The notes under the pieces are model-generated. The model ran no database searches. It worked only from the letters and a program-made list of their open reading frames with translations, and was not told the DNA's origin. This document shows, piece by piece, positions 6,675 through 13,747 of a stretch of DNA of 44,765 nucleotides; position 1 is the stretch's first letter; each line of letters opens with the position of its first letter. The position numbers were made by a program, and so were the translations under genes. Location of the stretch: the IMG/VR virus record IMGVR_UViG_3300020152_000001, positions 1 to 44,765 of that record, one strand, 5' to 3'. The DNA comes from a virus (lineage: Duplodnaviria; Heunggongvirae; Uroviricota; Caudoviricetes).

Positions 6675-7552
6675 TTGCTCACGGGCGCTTTGATCGTTGG
6701 GTGTGGCTGGTAGCCTACGAGGTTGAAGTCTTCGAAGACGAAGTCGTCGATGTCCTGGCGTGTTGGGTTGATGATCATCTCCGGCGCCTTGCGAGTTTCG
6801 TCCCAGCGGCTGAGTTGAAGTCGCGCCTGATCGAGGTGGTTCTCGTACAGATGGCAATCGCCGATCGTATGGACGAACTCTCCGGGCTCAAGGTGGCAAA
6901 TCTGTGCGATCATCATCGTCAGCAGCGCGTAGCTCGCGATGTTGAACGGAACGCCTAGGAAGAAGTCACCGCTGCGCTGATACAGATGGCAGTTCAGCTT
7001 GCCTTCCTGAACGTAGAATTGGAAGAGCACGTGGCACGGCGGCAGCGCGACATCGGCGAGATCGTCGGGGTTCCAGGCCGTGACTATGTGCCGGCGGCCG
7101 TGTGGGTCCTTCTTGATGCCGTTGATCACGCGCCAGAGCTGGTCGATGCTCTGCTGTCCCCAACAACGCCACTGCTCTCCGTAAACGGGTCCGAGGTCGC
7201 CGTTCTCGTCTGCCCACTCATCCCAGATCGTGACGCCGGCTTCTTGCAGGCTGCGGACATTGGTCTCGCCGCGAATGAACCAGAGGAGTTCGTGGATGAC
7301 GGACTTCAGATGCACACGCTTCGTCGTCAGCAGCGGAAAGCCTTTGTCGAGATCGAAGCGCATCTGCGGCGCGAAGATCGAGATCGTCGGGCCGTTGCGG
7401 GTCTCGGCGCGGACGCCGCGCTCCAAGATCAATTCCAAGACGCGGAGATACTCGTCGTCGAAGACGTTGGTGCAAGGAGATGGGATCGAACCACCGACCA
7501 CAGCATTATCGGTGCTGTGCTCTACCGCTGAGCTATCCTTGCTCGAAATCAT
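6671..7552 (-). CDS. thyA: thymidylate synthase
   Basis: [43 protein letters not shown] motifs; start uncertain because a tRNA overlaps the 5' end. Confidence 0.95.
   Translation of the reverse strand: MISSKDSSAVEHSTDNAVVGGSIPSPCTNVFDDEYLRVLELILERGVRAETRNGPTISIFAPQMRFDLDKGFPLLTTKRVHLKSVIHELLWFIRGETNVRSLQEAGVTIWDEWADENGDLGPVYGEQWRCWGQQSIDQLWRVINGIKKDPHGRRHIVTAWNPDDLADVALPPCHVLFQFYVQEGKLNCHLYQRSGDFFLGVPFNIASYALLTMMIAQICHLEPGEFVHTIGDCHLYENHLDQARLQLSRWDETRKAPEMIINPTRQDIDDFVFEDFNLVGYQPHPTIKAPVSK
7468..7542 (-). tRNA. tRNA-Ile(GAT) nested in the thyA frame, with C33
   Basis: GCAAGGA...TCCTTGC-A-CCA; GCTC/GAGC D-stem; CAGCA-CCGATAA-TGCTG; GGTGG-TTCGATC-CCATC. Confidence 0.9.
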
Positions 7553-7582
7553 ATTTGCTCTGTGTCTTTCTACCGGAGAAAT

Positions 7583-7768
7583 TCAAGCCGCTCCGTGGCG
7601 GACGCGAACTCTCAGAGGTCCAAAGCACCAGAAGGATTCCTTGAGGTGCCGGCGTGGGAATTCCCAGGCCCAGTCTTTCCAAGAGGCGAACAGAGCGTGC
7701 TCTTCGCCCTTCCAATTCCAATAGAGCCAGTAGTTGGCTCCTCGTCGCGGGAACGTGAACCGTTTCAT
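7583..7768 (-). CDS. Trp-rich hypothetical protein
   Basis: ATGA overlap with the upstream gene. Confidence 0.65.
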   Translation of the reverse strand: MKRFTFPRRGANYWLYWNWKGEEHALFASWKDWAWEFPRRHLKESFWCFGPLRVRVRHGAA

Positions 7769-7968
7769 TTGTGCTCGACGATGCGAACGCGATGACTGCC
7801 GCCGAAGCGACGATCAGCGAACGCTTCCGCTTCTGCCTTGCTGTTGAATTTCTTCGCTGCGGGTTTGATCGTCGTCCAACCGTAATGCGCGAAGAAGCCG
7901 ATCTTCATCTCGCAGTAGAAGAGAGTGCCGGCCAGACGCACGCGATGTTCGATCAGCCAGCAGGACAT
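7765..7968 (-). CDS. hypothetical protein
   Basis: ATG at 7968 with GAGGAAG RBS. Confidence 0.7.
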   Translation of the reverse strand: MSCWLIEHRVRLAGTLFYCEMKIGFFAHYGWTTIKPAAKKFNSKAEAEAFADRRFGGSHRVRIVEHK

Positions 7969-7969
7969 C

Positions 7970-8497
7970 TCACTTCCTCTTCGAGCGCACCCGCCATTTG
8001 TCGAGTGGGAGTTTGGTGTCGACGTAATTGATGCCATCGCCACATCCGCTGCTGTGCTTGATGGCAGCGCGGACGGCTTTAATGGCTCCGGAGTCCTTGT
8101 GTGCAAACATGCAGCCGAGCGCGACTGAAGCTCCGGCTCCGCGTGCGAAGTATTCGGGAATCTTCGCACCTCGGTACACGAGCAGCGAGCTGTTGTTTTT
8201 CGAGACCGACGTGAAGTCGATCAGCATCCGCTTCTTGCGGCTGTCTTTCGGTACGGCGACGATGAGAAGTGTTAGGTCGCCGGGATAACTTGGCCGAGCG
8301 CCCGTTTCCACGATCTCTTTCGCCATGGCGACACAGTTGTCGTCGCTGTCGGCGTTGCCGGCCATGCCGACTACGCACTTGTAGTCCTTGGTGCTGAAGA
8401 TCGACAGCTTCGACATCGCCCCCATGGGCATGTCTTCGTCGAAATTGACCCGACGATCAGCAGCAATGACGCCGTCGCGATAGACGAGAACAGTCAC
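7970..8497 (-). CDS. HslV/proteasome-beta-like Ntn hydrolase
   Basis: M-T start, YRDGVIAAD, VVGMAGN and ARGAGASVALG motifs. Confidence 0.7.
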   Translation of the reverse strand: MTVLVYRDGVIAADRRVNFDEDMPMGAMSKLSIFSTKDYKCVVGMAGNADSDDNCVAMAKEIVETGARPSYPGDLTLLIVAVPKDSRKKRMLIDFTSVSKNNSSLLVYRGAKIPEYFARGAGASVALGCMFAHKDSGAIKAVRAAIKHSSGCGDGINYVDTKLPLDKWRVRSKRK

Positions 8498-8514
8498 AGA
8501 GGACCCTTCAGCTC

Positions 8515-8547
8515 AAAAGAAACTGTGGGCTTGCCGTAGAGTCCCAC
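8515..8547 (-). terminator. hairpin plus U-rich tract at the 3' end of the large RNA
   Basis: GTGGG-N13-CCCAC then AGTTTCTTTT. Confidence 0.5.
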
Positions 8548-8935
8548 TACTCCCCCGTGCCCGAAGGCGGCTCATCCGCGTGGCCACGCGAACTCACATG
8601 AGGAACGACGCTATCGGAGTCGCGTCGCGGCATGCTGGGTACTTTCGGCCGCCGGGACCGCCCCGACCTCATGCCTGTTTCACCTTCCCCAGCACTTGCA
8701 GAATTTTGCCGATGACGGTGTCCCCGCCTTCCCTGCTGCCCGGCGACAGCTCTCTCCCTCACACGCGCTACCCGTGCGCTTAGCCAGCTCCACACGGGGC
8801 GGGGAGACGCTGAGACCCGGCCCCCGAGCACTGGCCGCCCAGACAGGGAAAACTCGGTTTCCAATCATCGCCGCCGGTGTCCCCGGAGAACGGCACGATC
8901 GGCACAGCGGTACACTTCAGTCTCGCTTCGGCGAT
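8515..8935 (-). ncRNA. ~420-nt multi-pseudoknot RNA (GOLLD-like candidate)
   Basis: No credible ORF; three crossing helix pairs; many hairpins; TTGACT-N16-TACGTC promoter at 8940-8967; 3' hairpin plus U tract. Confidence 0.65.
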
Positions 8936-8974
8936 CGGCGACGTACCGGCCTCATGCGGGGAGTCAAAATCAAA

Positions 8975-9042
8975 CGCAGCAGGCGGGTGCGTCCCGCGTA
9001 TCCCTCAGGCGTTGAGGGCGTCCTAGCCTAGACGACCGCCGC
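8975..9042 (-). ncRNA. tRNA-like cloverleaf with intact stems, non-canonical loops and no CCA
   Basis: GCGGCGG/CTGCTGC, GTC/GAC D-arm, CCCTC-AACGCCT-GAGGG, GCGGG-ACGCA-CCCGC. Confidence 0.55.
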
Positions 9043-9046
9043 GAAA

Positions 9047-9117
9047 TGCTGCCCGGGACGTTCCGCTATGGCGCGGATTTAAGCTCGACGGCCTTGTGTC
9101 GAGCACTCCCGGGACTG
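9047..9117 (-). ncRNA. three-way-junction small RNA element
   Basis: CCCGGGA/TCCCGGG encloses GCTCGAC/GTCGAGC and TCCGC/GCGGA hairpins. Confidence 0.4.
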
Positions 9118-9192
9118 CAAACAATCAAGACTTGCGCTTCTGCTTCATCGACTCGCGCTTTCGCCCACGCTGACCGGGGCCGCCTTGACCTT

Positions 9193-9280
9193 TGGTGCCG
9201 AGAGAAGGAGTCGAGCCTTCGGGGCTCCGAAGAGCAACGCGTTTACAGCGCGCTCCCGCCCCCTACGGGTCTACCTCGGC
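9193..9280 (-). tRNA. tRNA-Tyr(GTA)
   Basis: GCCGAG/CTCGGC stem, A-CCA end; GCGCG-CTGTAAA-CGCGT; long variable arm with UUCG; C54 in T-loop. Confidence 0.87.
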
Positions 9281-9294
9281 AATATCTGGCTCTC

Positions 9295-9438
9295 AGCAGG
9301 TAGGGTATGTCGCCGAGACTTTCGCTCCGACGCCTTCAAACCGCCCCGCCGGAGACCTGACTAAACTCATCCGGACCCGCCCCACGTGCGGCCACTTACG
9401 CCACCGCCGTGATCTCTCCGGTTAAGACCCCCCACCTG
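9295..9438 (-). ncRNA. ~140-nt structured RNA element
   Basis: 10-bp closing helix GCAGGTGGGG/CCCTACCTGC; CCGGAGA/TCTCCGG; GAAA-tetraloop hairpin. Confidence 0.45.
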
Positions 9439-9443
9439 CTTTT

Positions 9444-9499
9444 TGGTGGAGGAAGGCCGCTCTTGGCTCGACAGCGGGTCCGCGCCGTCGACTTCCGCC
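9444..9499 (-). ncRNA. miniature tRNA-like element ending in ACCA
   Basis: GGCGGAAG/CTTCCTCC-A-CCA with one mismatch, enclosing TCGACGGC/GCTGTCGA and GCC/GGC hairpins. Confidence 0.5.
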
Positions 9500-9618
9500 C
9501 TGCCATTGCCGCCCCGGCAGGGACCTGTAACTCATGGTGAGCAGGACCTAGAAGCTCGCCTGGGATTTCGTTCCCCGGGGTTAGAAACGCGGAAAATCTT
9601 CCCCGTTCTCCGTAGTCC

Positions 9619-9661
9619 TGGTGCCGCGTTGACACCCACCTAAAGGCCGGCGTTACCCGGC
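9619..9661 (-). ncRNA. minihelix-like element ending in ACCA
   Basis: GCCGGGT/ACGCGGC-A-CCA with one mismatch, enclosing one hairpin; 3' end identical to that of tRNA-Leu (ACGCGGCACCA). Confidence 0.4.
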
Positions 9662-9756
9662 GAATTCATCGTCGCCTCCCTTGGTCGAGTATCGACAGCG
9701 GGGGTCTTACGCGTTCGTCACGCCGCCCCCGTCTATTCGGTAGCTCAGAGTAAGGG

Positions 9757-9785
9757 AGGATTGCACACGTCAGCGAGACTGTCAA
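9757..9785 (-). promoter_or_regulatory. putative promoter of the ncRNA array
   Basis: GCTTGACA at 9780-9787 upstream of the CCTCCCTT/AAGGGAGG-closed hairpin; -10 weak. Confidence 0.45.
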
Positions 9786-9793
9786 GCAGGATT

Positions 9794-9997
9794 TTAGGCT
9801 TCGAGCTGGCGTTCGCAGAAGGCCGCGTAGACGTTGGGTCGATTGGCCCCGGAGCCTTCATGGTTCTCGGCCGAGGTCGCCGCCGCTCGCATGCACTCAG
9901 TCAGCGTGCGGTATTCGCCAACGGGGACCGTAGTCGTTGTGTCCCAGAGCCCGAAGAGCTTCAAGTGGATGACGACGACCAGGACCCAGACTTCCAT
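9794..9997 (-). CDS. small protein with hydrophobic N-terminus and two Cys
   Basis: TAATG overlap with the portal stop. Confidence 0.65.
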   Translation of the reverse strand: MEVWVLVVVIHLKLFGLWDTTTTVPVGEYRTLTECMRAAATSAENHEGSGANRPNVYAAFCERQLEA

Positions 9998-11727
9998 TAT
10001 CTGCGGCCTCCGCCGCCGCCGGCCGGTCGTTGGCCACCGCCCTGGCGCTGCTGCTGCGCCGCTCGAAGCGCGTTGGCTTGTGGCGGCGGCCGTAGTTTGG
10101 CCTCGCGTTCGCGGGCCTTGCGTTCGGCTTCGGCTTGCTCGCTCTCGTGTTCGCGAGTTGCGGCTCCCTCTTCGCTCTCGTGTTCGCGATCGAGCGCGTT
10201 CTCGCCGCGATCGAGATCGGCGTTCTCGTCGTCGATCTCCGACTGCCGGTTCGGGTAGCCGCGCTGGCGGGCTTCGGCGTCCGGCTGCATCGGGAACGAG
10301 TTCGTGCTCGTGAGCAGCTTCTTGAGTTCTTCGATCGACAGCCAGTCGGGGATGACTTCGGCGCGACGCAGGTAGTCGTGAACGACTTCGATCGGCAGGA
10401 TGCCATCGGTATACATCGCGTGGATGGCGCGGAACTCGCGAGCGCTGATGTTGTCGAACAGGAAGTCTTTGTTGCTTTCGACCAGAGCCTTCTCGGCTTC
10501 GGCCGCCGGCACGTCTTGCCAGACCAGCCACCACTGCAGCAGCTGCGTGAAGCCGGTGTCCAGCGTGCTCGACACATTCAACAGCGTCGACTGTTCGTTG
10601 CGCTCTTTGGTCTTGGCGACGTTGTCGCTCTCGGCCGTCGAGCCGCTGCGAAAACCCAGAAGCCGACCGCCGAGGCTCGACACCTGTTGTTCTTTTTGAT
10701 CGAGAGCGGACTCAAGAAACTTGAGACCATGGCCGTTGAATTCAATGACGCCGGGCTTTTCGTTTGGCCCGACTTCCCAGACCGTCGACGGGCCCAGGTG
10801 GTATTCGCTCTTGTCGCTGGCTCCGTTCACCTGCACGTAGTAGATCGGGAGCCCGGTGAAGAAGCGCCCGTGCTCCAGGTGAGCGTAGCTGCGATAGTGG
10901 CTGAGGTTCAGCGTCGCGATGTCATACACCGGCGACTTCTCGACATCGGGGCCGTTGGTGTACGGGCCGAAGAAGACGAAGGGGATGTAGGAGAATGGGA
11001 CGCCGCGATTTTTCGGCGTGAAGACGTTGGACGGGGCGGCGTCGATCGACGCATCCGCGCCTTCGTTCTCGTAGACCTCTTGCACGTAGGCCCAACCGTT
11101 CGAGGTCTCGGACGACTCCACGAGCTTGCAGATGCGATACGTGGTGAAATACTGGCGGCTCTGTCCTTGAGACGCGCGGCTGATCTTGATCTCGCGGAGA
11201 ACGATTTTCGAGAGCACGCAGCGGCCGTCGATGTCCATCGTCTCCCAGTCGACGATGTTCTCGGAGATGTAGGAGCAGAGATACGGCGGCGCGCTGCCGT
11301 TCGCATCCATGTCGAGGAGAACGCCGACACGGCCCATGTGGATGATTTCTTGGGCCACGAGCTTGACGACGAGTTCAAGGCTCTCGTTGCTCTTGCCGAT
11401 CTTCTTCAGTCCCTTCTCCAGGCGCTGAGGAACGCCGGTGAACTTCGCCGGCCGGCGGAAGAGCGTGCCAATCATTCCCGACACAGTGCGACCGACCATG
11501 TTGTAGAACACGGCGCGATCGAGATAGGCCTGATACTCGTCGGTGTCCTGGGTCTCCAGGCGCGGGAGGTAGATGACGCCCTTCCGCTTGACCTCGACTT
11601 CGCCGAGGAAGGTGTCGCGCAACAACGACCACTCCGGCGCCCAATAGGCGTAGTCCGGGTGGGCGAACTCCGGGCCCATGGTCAGAGCCGCGAGAGCGCG
11701 ATTATTTTGCGGGTTCTTTTTGGCCAC
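9997..11727 (-). CDS. portal protein (DUF4055-type)
   Basis: 576 aa; YLPRL..Y..Y..RA.FYN..RT..G, GRVGVLLD, N..HY...A motifs. Confidence 0.9.
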   Translation of the reverse strand: MAKKNPQNNRALAALTMGPEFAHPDYAYWAPEWSLLRDTFLGEVEVKRKGVIYLPRLETQDTDEYQAYLDRAVFYNMVGRTVSGMIGTLFRRPAKFTGVPQRLEKGLKKIGKSNESLELVVKLVAQEIIHMGRVGVLLDMDANGSAPPYLCSYISENIVDWETMDIDGRCVLSKIVLREIKISRASQGQSRQYFTTYRICKLVESSETSNGWAYVQEVYENEGADASIDAAPSNVFTPKNRGVPFSYIPFVFFGPYTNGPDVEKSPVYDIATLNLSHYRSYAHLEHGRFFTGLPIYYVQVNGASDKSEYHLGPSTVWEVGPNEKPGVIEFNGHGLKFLESALDQKEQQVSSLGGRLLGFRSGSTAESDNVAKTKERNEQSTLLNVSSTLDTGFTQLLQWWLVWQDVPAAEAEKALVESNKDFLFDNISAREFRAIHAMYTDGILPIEVVHDYLRRAEVIPDWLSIEELKKLLTSTNSFPMQPDAEARQRGYPNRQSEIDDENADLDRGENALDREHESEEGAATREHESEQAEAERKAREREAKLRPPPQANALRAAQQQRQGGGQRPAGGGGGRR

Positions 11728-11773
11728 GGGGGTTCCTCAGTGGCGGCGGCGTCGGCTGGTAAGCGAAGCTGCC

Positions 11774-11802
11774 ACGTTGTCATTTTCGCTTACGTTTGTC
11801 AA
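11774..11802 (-). promoter_or_regulatory. putative portal promoter
   Basis: TTGACA-AACGTAAGCGAAAATGA-CAACGT; CGTAAG in spacer. Confidence 0.5.
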
Positions 11803-12475
11803 GACTACGGACGGCCTTGGACGGGCGAACCTCGTAGCCGTGATTCCGTAGGACTTTCTCGCAGAGGTGGAGGAATTCGCCCAAAGTCATGTCGCCTTTG
11901 GCGGAATTCGCGGTGGCCGTGGTCAGTCCCACGTTCACAAGGGTGTTGGGTCCGCCGCGACTGCGGGGGTGAATGTGATCTAAGGCCCAGCTGTCGGTCA
12001 GGAGGTTGATGGCGTCGCCAGTGAGATAACACCGGGGGTCGGCGTTGATCTTCTCCATGACGGCGTCGAGATCGGCGTCGATGGGCGTGTGGCCGCGCTT
12101 CTTCGCCTTCGACCCCGGGGTAATCCGCATCTGCACGGAGCGGCGGACGGGGTCGCGGCGCTCGACGGCGGTGGTCGCGGCGATCGGCGGCCGGCCCGGG
12201 CGGTTCTTGTGCTTGGTCTCTGCGGCCCGGAATGTCTGGAGCTTCTTCCCGACCTTACCCCTGACCGTGCCTTTGGCCTTGCGGACGCGGGCCCGGGTTT
12301 TGTCCCGGGTGCTGGGATTGAGGTGGTAGGAGACCGTCGAGAGGCTGCAACCCAACGCCGGGGCGATGGCTTTGTGGCTGAGACCCAGAGCCTTCAAGGC
12401 AGCGATCTTCGAGCCCAGGTCCCCGGGGCCATCTACAATCGCGACTACTTCAGCTGTGGCGGCGTTCGCGGACAA
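11780..12475 (-). CDS. HTH plus HNH endonuclease
   Basis: SHKAIAPALGCSLSTVSYHL helix-turn-helix; CYLTG..LDHIHPRSRGG..N..N..KG. Confidence 0.85.
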   Translation of the reverse strand: MSANAATAEVVAIVDGPGDLGSKIAALKALGLSHKAIAPALGCSLSTVSYHLNPSTRDKTRARVRKAKGTVRGKVGKKLQTFRAAETKHKNRPGRPPIAATTAVERRDPVRRSVQMRITPGSKAKKRGHTPIDADLDAVMEKINADPRCYLTGDAINLLTDSWALDHIHPRSRGGPNTLVNVGLTTATANSAKGDMTLGEFLHLCEKVLRNHGYEVRPSKAVRSLDKRKRK

Positions 12476-12553
12476 GCGCGGGTCCCAGGTTCAGAGGGGA
12501 TGGGGCCTTGGTCGTTGCGCTTATCGGAATGTCAGTTTGGCTTACCCGAAACC

Positions 12554-12674
12554 GGGTTCGAAGTCAAGTGGGGGTTTCGAACCGTCTCAACTGCGTTGGG
12601 TTCGAAACCTCGGCCCGGGGTTCGAACTGACCCGATTTCGGCTCAATTTCCAGGACTGACCCAATTTCGGTTCA
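12554..12674. repeat. four GG(G/T)TTCGAA copies plus a 20-bp direct repeat
   Basis: TTCGAA at 12557, 12576, 12601, 12621; ACTGACCC(G/A)ATTTCGG(C/T)TCA at 12626 and 12655. Confidence 0.65.
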
Positions 12675-12847
12675 CTGAAGCTAACAGGGGAAGCTCAGGA
12701 CGGTTCCGATTTCGTGTGCAGAAGGTAACGGAAAATGACACTTTACGCAAGTGAGGTCGGTGGCTCAACGGCGGCGCATCTGCGAGGTGCGCCGTATTTC
12801 CCCTCGGCGGCGCATCTGCATTCTCTCTGCAACCTGCGGAGATCGAC

Positions 12848-13330
12848 ATGGGTATTTCACGGCGGGGGCTCATCACGGCCCTAGGTGTTTCAACTGCGTT
12901 GGGTGCGTTGGGTGAGACGCCTGCTGGGGTGCAGACCGTCGACGAAGTTTTTCGACTTGCCGAGCGTTGGGTTGCCGCGAAGGCGGAGCAGACCGCGCTC
13001 GTTCGCAAGTGGCAGCGAGCGGAGACGAAGTTCTTCGCGGCGTTTAAGGCGGCCGAACTGACGTATGAAGACGCCTACCGACGCCGCTGGCCCGAAGTGC
13101 GTCAGATGAAAGCGCTAGATCGCGAGATCAAGCAGCTCGATCGCGTTCTCGACGGGCTTGCACGTGAGATCAGACGCACGCCGGCAACGACTCCGGCCGG
13201 TGCGCTCGCGAAGATCGAGATCGCGCTTCGCATTCAAGATCGCATCGACTTCTACACGCACGCGTGGGAATTGATGTCCTCCGGCCGCGACGAACTAAAG
13301 CTGATGATACCGAATTTGGTATCAAACTGA
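12848..13330 (+). CDS. alphaproteobacterial-type hypothetical protein with twin-arginine-like N-terminus
   Basis: MGISRRGLITAL; C-terminal TPATTPAGALAKIEIAL pattern; GGAG RBS. Confidence 0.75.
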   Translation: MGISRRGLITALGVSTALGALGETPAGVQTVDEVFRLAERWVAAKAEQTALVRKWQRAETKFFAAFKAAELTYEDAYRRRWPEVRQMKALDREIKQLDRVLDGLAREIRRTPATTPAGALAKIEIALRIQDRIDFYTHAWELMSSGRDELKLMIPNLVSN

Positions 13331-13354
13331 GCGCCTGATATTGTTCTCGATGTC

Positions 13355-13609
13355 GGGGGCATACTCCCCCTGGGTCCCTCCTGGTCGACAATCAAAAATA
13401 TTTGTCTGCCGGCGGACAGTCGAAATCGGTTGTCGCTCCGGTGCGTACTCCCCCGTGGGTCCCCTCCTCCGGCTTTCACTAGAATCCGCGTTTTCAGCAT
13501 CCGTTGAAAACCGCCGATCGAATGAAAGCGGATGTCGAGTTTTGGTATTACTCCGAGCTGGTAACAGGGGCGCCGAGGCGCCCCATAGGGGTACACCCCC
13601 TAGGGTCCC
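13355..13609. repeat. three TAC(T/A)CCCCC-N1-2-GGGTCCC motifs
   Basis: Copies near 13362, 13446 and 13592. Confidence 0.65.
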
Positions 13610-13659
13610 TAGAGCCGAAAAGGATCGTTAAGTGAATCGAGTCGATTGCTCGAAGCTGA

Positions 13660-13687
13660 GGGGATAGGGGACGCGTCCCCTATCCCC
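13660..13687. repeat. perfect 28-bp palindrome
   Basis: GGGGATAGGGGACGCGTCCCCTATCCCC equals its reverse complement. Confidence 0.9.
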
Positions 13688-13747
13688 ATTGTTCACACAC
13701 TCCAAAGCAACAGCAATAGGAATGCGGCAATCGCTAGGTTTAAGAGC

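Noticed and set aside
6671-7467. ThyA as a base-modifying hydroxymethylase
   Set aside because: Retains the dUMP-specifying Asn (PFN) and standard ThyA motifs
8547-9643. Short ORFs across the second RNA cluster
   Set aside because: No RBS or protein-like composition; they overlap tRNA-Tyr and long-range helices
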